A stretch of 64,000 bases of DNA from Enterococcus phage 9181. Numbering within the stretch: position 1 is the first letter of the stretch; each line of letters starts with the position of its first letter. Location: sequence record MT939240.1; one strand, written 5' to 3'. The position numbers and the translations under genes were made by a program. The notes under the pieces were generated by a model. It had not been told where the DNA came from. It made no database searches and saw only the letters and a list, made by a program, of their open reading frames with translations. Below are positions 36,157 through 44,959 of this stretch, in pieces.

Positions 36157-36384
36157 TTACCATAGTCGTACCTCATGTAGTTCAATGTAGGCGATGTTAG
36201 ATGGGCTCACAAAGTGGAAAGTAATGTCTCCCTCAGATAAGTCTGAAATAAGGGCTTTAACCCCAAGTTCCGCTAGGCTTTTTAAAAGGCTTTCCTTAAC
36301 ATCCCCAATACTCTCATCATGGGTTTCATAGGCTTCCACACCACTTGTGTATACTACTGTTACTCCAGTGTAAGTTGCAAACAT
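36157..36384 (-). CDS. Hypothetical protein (75 aa)
   Basis: RBS AAGGAGG. Confidence 0.5.
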   Translation of the reverse strand: MFATYTGVTVVYTSGVEAYETHDESIGDVKESLLKSLAELGVKALISDLSEGDITFHFVSPSNIAYIELHEVRLW

Positions 36385-36506
36385 GTAACGTCCTCCTTAA
36401 GGGTGGCGTTGACCACCGCTTTGTATAATACTAGTTTACCACCCATTATGGGAATCTGTCAATACCTTATATAAAAAAGACGTTCTTTCGAACGCCTCTG
36501 TAAATC

Positions 36507-37277
36507 TTATTTGAATAGCTCTTTCATTTCCTTACGGATATCTTCTAAATCATTGTCGGCAAAGGTAACCTTAAGTTTGGCTTTAGTACGTTGATCCTCA
36601 ATATCTTCTTCTTCCTTACGGAGCTCTAGGTATTCCTCGATAACATCTGTTGGGATATCTTCAAGGATGTCTAAAATTTCCTGTGCTTCGTCATACTTTG
36701 ATAAGTCCCTAAACCTCTCTTGACTTGATTCATTCTTAATAATAGTTTCATTACGTCTGTGCACAAGTTTAATATACTGCTCTTTTATATAAGATGCTCC
36801 AAAATATCCATTAAGCGACTCTAATAAAACATCACACGGATTGACCTTTTTAATGTAGGCATGGTCTCCTGCGTGGTAAAGTTCCCCTTGAGACTTGCTA
36901 GCCATAGACCCGTTGTGTATAATTTCCACTAGGTCGCCTTCTTTGAATTTTCCACTCCAGACAACTGGTTCTACTTGCCAGTCTAAAAAGGCAGCACTAT
37001 AGGTTGTGTAAAGTACATCACCAATTGATGTGGGAGTGGCACTCGTGCAAAGGTGGATGTTACCGTCCTTCTTATCACGGAAGTAATCACCAGCCTCTAT
37101 CTGACTTAGTTCAAAGCACTCTGGCTCATAGGGGTACCCATTCCATAAATCATCATCAGTAACGAACAAGTAGTCATCATCAGTGCTTGTTACAATGTAT
37201 TTCTTACCTTCTGTAATTCCTCTGTGACCCTTGGTGTTTACACACCTAACAAGATCGCCCTTTTTAAAAGTTGTCAT
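36507..37277 (-). CDS. Hypothetical protein with two KKGDLV SH3/KOW-like repeats and an acidic C-terminus (256 aa)
   Basis: Followed by a bidirectional terminator at about 36474-36500. Confidence 0.6.
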   Translation of the reverse strand: MTTFKKGDLVRCVNTKGHRGITEGKKYIVTSTDDDYLFVTDDDLWNGYPYEPECFELSQIEAGDYFRDKKDGNIHLCTSATPTSIGDVLYTTYSAAFLDWQVEPVVWSGKFKEGDLVEIIHNGSMASKSQGELYHAGDHAYIKKVNPCDVLLESLNGYFGASYIKEQYIKLVHRRNETIIKNESSQERFRDLSKYDEAQEILDILEDIPTDVIEEYLELRKEEEDIEDQRTKAKLKVTFADNDLEDIRKEMKELFK

Positions 37278-37523
37278 AAAAGTCCTCCTCTAACCATTCG
37301 TAACCCCAGTCTAAGACCTCGGCAACCAACCATGTTTGAAGTCGCCAGTTCTCAATTTCGAGGTACTCTAATTCATCTTCTATATACTTGCGTGCATGAT
37401 ACTTGTTCACACGCCTTTGGTAACGCTTCTCACGTTTGTAGTCCTCACGGCTTGGTTCACAGCCTTCGTACCAAAACTTAAACTTCCTCTTTGCTCTGAT
37501 ATAGTCTTTGTAACCCATCATCA
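37264..37523 (-). CDS. Basic hypothetical protein (86 aa; start moved)
   Basis: RBS GAAGGG lies 7 nt upstream of ATGATG. Confidence 0.4.
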
Positions 37524-37689
37524 ACAAACCCTTCTGAAAGTTCTTTGCGAACATCATCCCAAGAAGTTAGCACACCGTCACTGACTATACCTCCGCCACC
37601 TTCCACACCAAACTCAACGGTGCAACCAGCGGCGTTGACCACGGCTTCTAACCGATCCTTGTCAAGAGGCTTACGCTGAGTGGGTTCCA
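37478..37689 (-). CDS. Hypothetical protein (70 aa; start moved to MEPTQ)
   Basis: RBS AGGGAA precedes the ATG. Confidence 0.35.
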
Positions 37690-38155
37690 TAATCGTTCCC
37701 TGCGGTAAGCTCTCGAACGGCTTCCTCATGCTTGGTGGCAATGAAGTCAGAAGCTTCTCGGTAAGCTCTTTCGGCACGGTTCTTGGCATAGGTTAGTTGA
37801 CGCTCTAGTAAGGCTGTGTATTCAGACAATGTCATGACCTCTATGGAACGCACATCAAAGTAGCTTAACTCCTCACACTCTTTATTGATCTTGTGGACGT
37901 ATCCCATACAGAAATCATATTCAGCTTGGGTAATGGCTGATGAAGGCTTTTTGAAGCTTTCGATAAGTGTTACCTCATCTGTTACTTCATTAGGGAGGTT
38001 GTTCCCGTCCAACTTCTTAAGGAATGCAATACGGCTTGCAGGGTCTCCTGCACCAACTGTAACATCTTCAATAAGGACTTCCCCATCACGGGTTTTTCCT
38101 AGGAAGTCTGCCACCCGTTCACAATAAATTACATATACAAATTGTCGATTACTCA
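37671..38155 (-). CDS. Hypothetical protein (161 aa; start at MSNRQ)
   Basis: RBS AAGGAGAG lies 7 nt upstream of the ATG. Confidence 0.55.
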
Positions 38156-38421
38156 TATAAAAACTCTCCTTCTTCACGTTTTACAAAAAAGCTCAGTACA
38201 TCATCTTTGTGGATCATATCCTCAGCAAGTAAATCTAAATCCCGCTCAACAACCTCTTTTGACTCTGGGTCATAAATGCGTTCCGTAGTCCGTGTCTTTT
38301 CACGCTGAATGTGCAAGAAGGTTTTACCATTCCTGACATCCTCTAGGAATGCTCTGGCAGCGGAACCATATATCTCAAAACTCTCTCCAGAACTCTTAGT
38401 ATAAATAACTATTCTGTACAT
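38149..38421 (-). CDS. Hypothetical protein (90 aa)
   Basis: A minus-strand promoter lies at 38704-38733. Confidence 0.5.
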   Translation of the reverse strand: MYRIVIYTKSSGESFEIYGSAARAFLEDVRNGKTFLHIQREKTRTTERIYDPESKEVVERDLDLLAEDMIHKDDVLSFFVKREEGEFLYE

Positions 38422-38703
38422 TCCAAATCCCCCTTTCGTAACTATGAATATATCTTACCATAGCTGCAGGGAAACTGTCAATAACCAAAATAAAAAAACT
38501 CCATGCACAAATTGCACAGAGCTTTCCTTTAGACTTTATATGTTCTTTGTATAAGCTTTGGTAAAGGATTGTTACAAGCGCTTGGTATAGGTGTAGTTAA
38601 TGGGATAGGTATTAAGCACTTATCAGTAAATGGAAAAGTGTAAGGAGCGAAGCTCCTAGCGATCTTTGATCGCTTAGAGAAGCATCTTAAAACCTCTAAA
38701 ACC

Positions 38704-38733
38704 ATTATACATCACATGGGTATCCCTTGTCAA
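38704..38733 (-). promoter_or_regulatory. Minus-strand sigma-A promoter (TTGACA-18-TATAAT) carrying the CTAATGCTTGACA motif
   Basis: The reverse complement reads CTCTAATGCTTGACAAGGG....TATAAT. Confidence 0.5.
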
Positions 38734-38777
38734 GCATTAGAGGCTGTTTTTAAGTAATCTTAAGAAATTCTTAATAA

Positions 38778-39250
38778 TTACCTAAACGGGTTCTGAATCT
38801 TATTACCACTCTTCACTTTCCCATCATTAAACAACCCTGTTCCAACTGATTTACCATCAATGAGTATGTCATTGGGATCGCATCCTACATTCACGTCCTC
38901 AACGCTTACCGAAACCTTCTTGCCATCCTTTACATAAGCAATTTCAAAGTCTTTATGTGTGTGGAGTTCTAGTTCATCTAAAAGAAGCTCCATTAGCTTA
39001 GTCTGGATGCTCGGTGTCTTGGCTGGCATAGGCTCTCCAGTTACTTTTGGATTTCCAGGTAATTTTGGCAACCTAGTGAAGTTATTGTCCAGACTTTCCT
39101 TTGAAAACCATTCTTTAGCTCCTAATGGAGGTTGGAGAAGGTAAGGTAAACCTGTATTTTGTAAGTCCACCCCAACAATGGTATGCAGACCGCTGTCAAA
39201 CGAACTTGTAAAATCATTATAATACAGTAAATCACCGACTTCATACTTCA
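38778..39250 (-). CDS. Hypothetical protein (157 aa; start at MKYEVGD)
   Basis: RBS GGAGGATAA precedes the ATG. Confidence 0.5.
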
Positions 39251-39252
39251 TA

Positions 39253-39684
39253 CTAATTATCCTCCCGTAATTCTTTAAGAGGTAGCACCTCTGCCTCTCT
39301 TGGTAACTTGTTTGCCACAAATTTTGCCATGTCTTCATCAGTAAATAGATCAGCCTCTTGTGGGTCTCGTGTATAGGTGTAGTCAAACTTAGTGGTCATT
39401 CCTTCTGTTATAATCAATTTAGACAAGTTTACGTAGCGCCCTGCAGAATCCTTAACAGCGTATCCCCCTTCTTCACACTCATATCCCACAATTCCCATTT
39501 TGACTAGTGTTGGGATGGCTCCGTCAGTCTCCTCTATCCATTTACCTACGGGACTGTCTTCGTAATCTCGGCAGGCTTCCCAGATGGCAAAGTCAATGTC
39601 GTCCTTGTTCTCCTCGTACCAACTAGCAATATAAACGGGTACTACGGGTACTTGTACCATTGCTGATTTAGTCTTTAATGACAT
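39253..39684 (-). CDS. DUF1642-like phage protein (143 aa)
   Basis: Contains VPVVPVYIASWYEENKDDIDFAIWEAC. Confidence 0.55.
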   Translation of the reverse strand: MSLKTKSAMVQVPVVPVYIASWYEENKDDIDFAIWEACRDYEDSPVGKWIEETDGAIPTLVKMGIVGYECEEGGYAVKDSAGRYVNLSKLIITEGMTTKFDYTYTRDPQEADLFTDEDMAKFVANKLPREAEVLPLKELREDN

Positions 39685-39974
39685 TATAAAGTCTCTCCTT
39701 CGTTTTCAAAATTCCCTGCTTCAATACGATCTGCTAAAATCTGCGTGAACACTACTTCCTGACGGAGATCGAATGAGCAGAACTCTACTGCCAAGTCTCC
39801 TAATGTCTCTTCTAATTCTTCTGAGGCATATTCCATGTCGTTACTAAAGGCAAGGTCAGTCAGTAAATAAATTACTCCCGATATGTGGGTAGGTATAGTA
39901 CCAACCTTCTTAAGACCTTCCTCTAAACGGTTAACGAAATCTTCCATATCATAAATCTTTTGCACAGTGTTCAT
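39684..39974 (-). CDS. Hypothetical protein (96 aa)
   Basis: Coding-like composition. Confidence 0.5.
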   Translation of the reverse strand: MNTVQKIYDMEDFVNRLEEGLKKVGTIPTHISGVIYLLTDLAFSNDMEYASEELEETLGDLAVEFCSFDLRQEVVFTQILADRIEAGNFENEGETL

Positions 39975-39985
39975 ACATCTTCCCC

Positions 39986-40144
39986 CTACTTTTTAAATAG
40001 TTCCTTGTGGGCATTTCTTTCGTTGAGCTCGTTCTCAAGAAGTTCAATCGCCTTGTTGAGACCTTTTAACTCATCTAGCGTGCAATAGATATTTCTATAG
40101 GCTTGAAGGTGATTAATTACTTTCCTTAAAGATACTCTCATTAA
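39986..40144 (-). CDS. Small hypothetical protein (52 aa)
   Basis: Translated by hand. Confidence 0.3.
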   Translation of the reverse strand, partial: LMRVSLRKVINHLQAYRNIYCTLDELKGLNKAIELLENELNERNAHKELFKK

Positions 40145-40298
40145 ACCATCCCCTCATAACTGACTATTATTGAGTAGTAAGTGTACAACCCAGAAACAGA
40201 AGTTGAGAAATGGACTTGTACGCCTTCTTTATTAGCCGTTACCTTGTTTAACCATTTTTCTACCTCGTACAAACTAGAACTTTCGTAGGTTAAAAATT

Positions 40299-40487
40299 TC
40301 ACTCAGCAACATCTCCCATCTTCTCTGTATAAGACTGCTTTCGGATGATATCCTCAGCTAAGTTCTCTGCAACTGTCTGCAAGCTTTTCTCAAAGTATCC
40401 ATACCCAAATTCAACAAGTAGATGGGAGTAAATAGCTCCAGTTAGCTGTTCCTTGTTTATACATATAGTCGATTCCTGTTTATTCAT
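40299..40487 (-). CDS. Hypothetical protein (62 aa; start MNKQE)
   Basis: Conserved RBS/start GGAGGAAGCGGATGAATAAACAGG. Confidence 0.5.
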   Translation of the reverse strand: MNKQESTICINKEQLTGAIYSHLLVEFGYGYFEKSLQTVAENLAEDIIRKQSYTEKMGDVAE

Positions 40488-40498
40488 CCGCTTCCTCC

Positions 40499-40705
40499 TC
40501 AATCGTATTCAGCATCGCCTAGCTCAATATCATGTCCACAGTTCTGGCACGTAATTGCTCCAAAATTTCCGTAGTAAAGTTCACCTTCACCAAAAGCACC
40601 AGCGATTTTCTTCCAGTCTATTTCGATATGCTCGTCACATCTTGGGCAATCAAAGGAAATATAACTTGGTGTAGAGCAAATAGTGTAATCTGCTTTGCCA
40701 CTCAT
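40499..40705 (-). CDS. Zinc-ribbon protein (68 aa, two CxxC pairs)
   Basis: CPRC...CQNC. Confidence 0.5.
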   Translation of the reverse strand: MSGKADYTICSTPSYISFDCPRCDEHIEIDWKKIAGAFGEGELYYGNFGAITCQNCGHDIELGDAEYD

Positions 40706-41226
40706 ACTTTCTCTACGCTCCCATCAACCAACGTAGCGACTGCCTCGGCTTTTGTGCGGTCATCAAAAACAAATACATCATCATAAAATTTATATGCGGC
40801 TCCGTCTGCTTCAAGCGAATAAAGTGAAACCCAAGAGCTAAAATAATAATCGTTAGGTAGCTTAACCACCCACCGCGGCTCTTTCTCGACTTCGTAGCCG
40901 TCTTTCATGCGGATGAGGGTTTCGATTGGATTGTTTTCGGATTGTTGAATCCAATTCAACATCCCTTGCTCAGCAGAACCATAAGAATCTACACACAATT
41001 CCCAAATAAGAAATTCTAACTCATCTTTATTCTCTTCAAACCACTCCGCCACAAACTTCGGCACCACTGGCTTCTGTGGTTCGTCCAACTGTTTTGCTAG
41101 CTTAAGAGCGTGGTTATATGATTCGAATTTTGATCTCCAGAATCCCTCGCTTACACCTTCTTTAATGGCTCTCCACGCATTTTCCTCAAGCTCTTCTAAT
41201 TTCTTAATAAATTCCTGTTTATTCAT
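40702..41226 (-). CDS. DUF1642-like phage protein (174 aa; start MNKQE)
   Basis: Contains KPVVPKFVAEWFEENKDELEFLIWELC. Same conserved RBS/start as the ORF at 40487. Confidence 0.55.
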   Translation of the reverse strand: MNKQEFIKKLEELEENAWRAIKEGVSEGFWRSKFESYNHALKLAKQLDEPQKPVVPKFVAEWFEENKDELEFLIWELCVDSYGSAEQGMLNWIQQSENNPIETLIRMKDGYEVEKEPRWVVKLPNDYYFSSWVSLYSLEADGAAYKFYDDVFVFDDRTKAEAVATLVDGSVEKV

Positions 41227-41428
41227 CCGCTTCCTCCCATGATTCAATGATTTCAATAAATAATTGGTTATCTAACGCCATTACAAGCGTGACATCGTAA
41301 AACCAGTATTTCAAAGGTAAGTTCTGTGAGATATCCATTACTTTTCCTGTAAAAATGTTCTTGTTTTGGTAACGAATAATCACCGTTTCAACGTCGTTCA
41401 ATACGGCTAACAGTGCTCCTAAGGTCAT
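41219..41428 (-). CDS. Hypothetical protein (69 aa)
   Basis: Overlapping start. Confidence 0.4.
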   Translation of the reverse strand: MTLGALLAVLNDVETVIIRYQNKNIFTGKVMDISQNLPLKYWFYDVTLVMALDNQLFIEIIESWEEADE

Positions 41429-41483
41429 GACTCGTCCTCCTATACTTTTAGTAATTCAATAATTACTGGTTTCTTTCTATATT

Positions 41484-41765
41484 TCATCCTTCTGCCACCT
41501 CTTTCTGATTAACATCTTTCAAGGCTTCTACCTTCTTGGCTACTAAGTAGTACTGTCGTAGACTTACAATACAACTTCTTATAAATATGCCTACTAAGCA
41601 TAGTGAGGCTATTCCTATTATGGCTATCACAAGTATAGCTATTGCTACTGCTAAGAAGTGAACTTTAATAATCAGTGAGAATACTGCTAAAACAACAACG
41701 GTCATTAATAAGTACTGAGCAACTACTCTAATAGACCACCAGACAGTTTTAATTAATGGCTTCAT
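41484..41765 (-). CDS. Membrane protein (93 aa, 2-3 TM)
   Basis: Hydrophobic. Confidence 0.5.
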   Translation of the reverse strand: MKPLIKTVWWSIRVVAQYLLMTVVVLAVFSLIIKVHFLAVAIAILVIAIIGIASLCLVGIFIRSCIVSLRQYYLVAKKVEALKDVNQKEVAEG

Positions 41766-41932
41766 ATGGGCTCCTTAATTAGTCTAATTTCTTTTGGTTG
41801 ATAACCCCTATTAGTAAAGCATTTTTGAATAATAACTAAAGACTTGTAGTCAAACGGCACATCATACATAACACGTTCCCACTCTCCGTTTGGCTTACGT
41901 ACTTCAATACTGTAAACGAACTCATGTCTCAT
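41762..41932 (-). CDS. Small protein (56 aa; start MRHEF)
   Basis: RBS GGAGGAAGCAGATG. Confidence 0.4.
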   Translation of the reverse strand: MRHEFVYSIEVRKPNGEWERVMYDVPFDYKSLVIIQKCFTNRGYQPKEIRLIKEPI

Positions 41933-42161
41933 CTGCTTCCTCCACATCAAATTCTGCTCCCTCTACCTCGGTAAGGTCTAACAATATCTCGGTAAACTCT
42001 TTCATAGGAACTCCCATGCGGTGTGCAATTACTTCTGCAATAAACGATAGGTAAACGATTGAGTCGACGTCTTCTAAGTCTTTGCTACGTTTAACATGAT
42101 GAACACCTTGATCATCCTTTACAATAATAAACTCAGCAACAACCTCTTCTTTCTTAACCAT
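41922..42161 (-). CDS. Acidic hypothetical protein (79 aa)
   Basis: RBS AGGAGG. Confidence 0.5.
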   Translation of the reverse strand: MVKKEEVVAEFIIVKDDQGVHHVKRSKDLEDVDSIVYLSFIAEVIAHRMGVPMKEFTEILLDLTEVEGAEFDVEEADET

Positions 42162-42181
42162 TGGCTACCTCCTTTATATAG

Positions 42182-42397
42182 TTATTTGTCAAGCATGTAC
42201 CACTCCATCCACTCGATAGCTGAGGTAGCTTCTGCCGATTCCTCTTCGATCTCTCTATCAAGACGTGCCATCAATCCAGCCCTTACCTTTGTGTGAAGAT
42301 GGTTGTCGATGGAGACATCAGCCAACTGTTTTCTCAGTTGACCAATGTTTGCCACGGCTTTCAAGTAGGCTGTTTGAGCCTCGTATAATTCTTCCAC
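42182..42397 (-). CDS. Hypothetical protein (71 aa)
   Basis: Coding-like composition. Confidence 0.45.
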   Translation of the reverse strand: MEELYEAQTAYLKAVANIGQLRKQLADVSIDNHLHTKVRAGLMARLDREIEEESAEATSAIEWMEWYMLDK

Positions 42398-42486
42398 AGA
42401 GTGTCCTCCTTAAATAGTTACTAAGCCATTGTTACTTAGAAATTGGTTACGAATCTTCTTAATAAGTTCTTTCATATGCTTCCTCC

Positions 42487-42951
42487 TTAATCAACCATGT
42501 AGTAAGGCAAAAAGTTACCTTTGCTATCCTTTTTGACAATCTCTCCACCGATTTCCTTAGCTACCCATTTTGCATCATCAAGGCTCATGCCTGTAAGTCG
42601 AGGGTCTTCCTCCCACCCAAGTAAGGTAGTAGGTAGAACTATGGCTAAAGTATCTTCAAAGTTTAGGAAGAAGCTATTGCCAATGCGCACAAAGTAGTCT
42701 GTGGTGTATTCCACAATTCTGAAAGTAGTGTGCATTTCGTATTCAACGTATTTGTCATTCTCACTTACTTTACGATAATCATACTGAGGAATAACTTTAT
42801 GAGTCTTCATGAACTCTTTAAGCTCATATGAAAGAATTTTAGTTCCTTCTACATAAGGCTCAATTCCAAAATCCTCTCGTAAGGTTGTTTCCAAGACTTC
42901 CTCAACATTACTCCGTACGTTCTCTAAAGCTTCATTAAAATCATCGAACAA
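42487..42951 (-). CDS. Hypothetical protein (154 aa)
   Basis: Preceded by a minus-strand promoter at about 42975-43010. Confidence 0.55.
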   Translation of the reverse strand: MFDDFNEALENVRSNVEEVLETTLREDFGIEPYVEGTKILSYELKEFMKTHKVIPQYDYRKVSENDKYVEYEMHTTFRIVEYTTDYFVRIGNSFFLNFEDTLAIVLPTTLLGWEEDPRLTGMSLDDAKWVAKEIGGEIVKKDSKGNFLPYYMVD

Positions 42952-43030
42952 TTAAATCACTCCTTAATTGGTTTATAACATAGTTCATTATACCATATAC
43001 ACAGGTATTTGTAAAGGTCTTTTTGAAACT

Positions 43031-43522
43031 TTAGAAGTATCCCCACGAGTCTTCTAATGCTTGAGCCATCTTAGCTTCGTCAAGCGCTTGGTATGCCTTC
43101 TTCAAAAGCTCGGCTTCTGGAGTGTCTTCATTAAGCTTGATGTCCTTGCCAAGTGCCAAAGCGTCTTTAAGATATTCCTTAGCATCTTTAAGTTGTTCTA
43201 TCTCCTCTTGAGCCTCTTGGTACATTTCTTGCAGCCTAGCAATAGTCTGTAAATACTCTTCTTCTGTCTTTGTTGACATCCCTTGTTTTGGAGTAGTTAG
43301 GGACTTACCTCTTTCTAACCCCATTTTGTAAGTGTTGGAGATTATTCCCTGCAATGCAAAGGTCATATATTTAGGGTCTTCCTTCATTCCCATAAAAGCT
43401 TCAATGCCGAAAGCTTGACCTGTTCCTCTAGGTTCGTCTACGTTTCTTTCACTAACTCCTATGGTAACTATACTTGACATTATTTCTCGACTTACTTCTA
43501 GTTCTACTGTTGGCTCGTTCAT
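43031..43522 (-). CDS. Hypothetical coiled-coil protein (163 aa)
   Basis: Overlapping start. Confidence 0.5.
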   Translation of the reverse strand: MNEPTVELEVSREIMSSIVTIGVSERNVDEPRGTGQAFGIEAFMGMKEDPKYMTFALQGIISNTYKMGLERGKSLTTPKQGMSTKTEEEYLQTIARLQEMYQEAQEEIEQLKDAKEYLKDALALGKDIKLNEDTPEAELLKKAYQALDEAKMAQALEDSWGYF

Positions 43523-43902
43523 AATCTTTCCTCCTCACGATAGCTCCACTTGAAACCTTTGTGTTTACCACCTGTTTTAAGGGAGCGCATTATACCCCCT
43601 CCGTTGAAGCCATTCTTATTAGCTTGATAAATGGAGTCAAATGATATTGTTTGTCCTTCATCATCAATGCCTATAATAGCTTTGCTTCCACGATCAACTT
43701 CTCTTTCCACACCATAGTAGCGTTCTAATAGTTTGGAGACAGCAATTGAGCGCTTTTTCCACGTTCCTTTGACATTCATTGTAATTGCATAAGCATTACC
43801 ACTACCCTTTAAAAGTTGTTTAGTAACGTTATTACGTACTCTTCCGTCGTTTGATACGGAATATCTACCGTTAGTTTTATCAATCACTTTCCATTCAGTC
43901 AT
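43519..43902 (-). CDS. NUMOD4-motif protein lacking a recognisable HNH motif (127 aa)
   Basis: N-terminal TEWKVIDKTNGRYSVSNDGRVRN. Confidence 0.5.
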   Translation of the reverse strand: MTEWKVIDKTNGRYSVSNDGRVRNNVTKQLLKGSGNAYAITMNVKGTWKKRSIAVSKLLERYYGVEREVDRGSKAIIGIDDEGQTISFDSIYQANKNGFNGGGIMRSLKTGGKHKGFKWSYREEERL

Positions 43903-43924
43903 GATTGTTACCTCCTCAATAATC

Positions 43925-43962
43925 TACCGTAATCATACCATATACACTAAATATCTGTCAAC
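43925..43962 (-). promoter_or_regulatory. Minus-strand promoter TTGACA-18-TGGTATGAT with conserved TGTATATGGTATGAT
   Basis: The reverse complement reads GTTGTTGACAGATATTTAGTGTATATGGTATGATT. Confidence 0.5.
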
Positions 43963-44002
43963 AACTTTTCAATAAAAAAGACACCCTTTCGGATGTCCTT
44001 TG

Positions 44003-44392
44003 TTAAACGTGTCGCATGGCGTCTCTAAATCTTTTGATAGCAGACCATGAATAAAACATTCGCTCAGGTCTGTCTTCCCGACGCACTACAGAAGTGCTAG
44101 GTTCATAAGTCCAACCAACACCATTGCCGTACCAACTCTCTAAATTTAGTAGGATGTTAGCAAATCCTTCGCTAAAATCCTCTTCTAGTTCCTTATCAAC
44201 TGGTTTAATTGGATCGGTGTCTGCCCACGTCCACATATTAGGCAAGGCAATGCTGTAGGCAAACTCCTCGAAGTCAGAATACTCGTTAAATATAATTGTG
44301 ATGGCGGTATCAGTGTAGTTTACTATCTCTTTCAGTATCTGTCTGTCCCCGTATGCAATGGCTAATAGTACGGCGTCCTTAGGAAATTTCAA
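44003..44392 (-). CDS. Hypothetical protein (129 aa)
   Basis: A terminator-like hairpin lies downstream at about 43976-44000. Confidence 0.5.
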   Translation of the reverse strand: MKFPKDAVLLAIAYGDRQILKEIVNYTDTAITIIFNEYSDFEEFAYSIALPNMWTWADTDPIKPVDKELEEDFSEGFANILLNLESWYGNGVGWTYEPSTSVVRREDRPERMFYSWSAIKRFRDAMRHV

Positions 44393-44522
44393 TTGCTCAA
44401 CCCTCTCTACGGATAATATTAAGATAAAGTACTCTCAGAGCCTGTGAGAGCATTCCTAAGAGCTTTTAATAGCTCTCAGGTCTATTTATATTACTATGTG
44501 CTAAAAGCTCTCATAAAGCCTC

Positions 44523-44957
44523 TTACGAGGTATAGTCATACCTAGACTTTTTGATTGTATACCAGTAACCTGTTAAAGGGTTTAGAAACTTGTTAGGGTA
44601 TTTATCGAAGGTCTGCACTGCCCCTAGTGAGTTAACCTTTCTCCAAGCTTCGTTCTCATTATCAAATACTCTATATGTTTCTGTAGCTCCCGTTGGAATA
44701 GTTTTGGTAACCACAAAGCACTCACGGTTTCCGATAGGTTTACTTGATGTTGGTGCCTCGTCTTCTGAAAAGAACTCTCCTAAGGGATATCCCAATATAT
44801 TTGAAATCTTAAACAGAGTTGTCATTGAGATATTGGTTCCTCTTCGTTGCAAGAAGTTGTGTATTCCCATTTCTCTGCCCATGTAACTTCCTGTAATACC
44901 ATTTATTTCCATAAGGTATTCAATTCTATCCCAAAGCTTCTTTAAATCCTCTTTCAA
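44523..44957 (-). CDS. XRE-family HTH transcriptional regulator (144 aa)
   Basis: HTH segment ITGSYMGREMGIHNFLQRRGTNISMTTLFKISNILGY. Confidence 0.6.
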   Translation of the reverse strand: MKEDLKKLWDRIEYLMEINGITGSYMGREMGIHNFLQRRGTNISMTTLFKISNILGYPLGEFFSEDEAPTSSKPIGNRECFVVTKTIPTGATETYRVFDNENEAWRKVNSLGAVQTFDKYPNKFLNPLTGYWYTIKKSRYDYTS

Positions 44958-44959
44958 TT

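Noticed and set aside
44523-44957. Lysogeny module (repressor)
   Set aside because: There is a single XRE-family HTH protein. It has no S24 peptidase domain, no divergent cro-like partner and no integrase or excisionase in the window. It is interpreted as a lytic-cycle regulator rather than a temperate switch.
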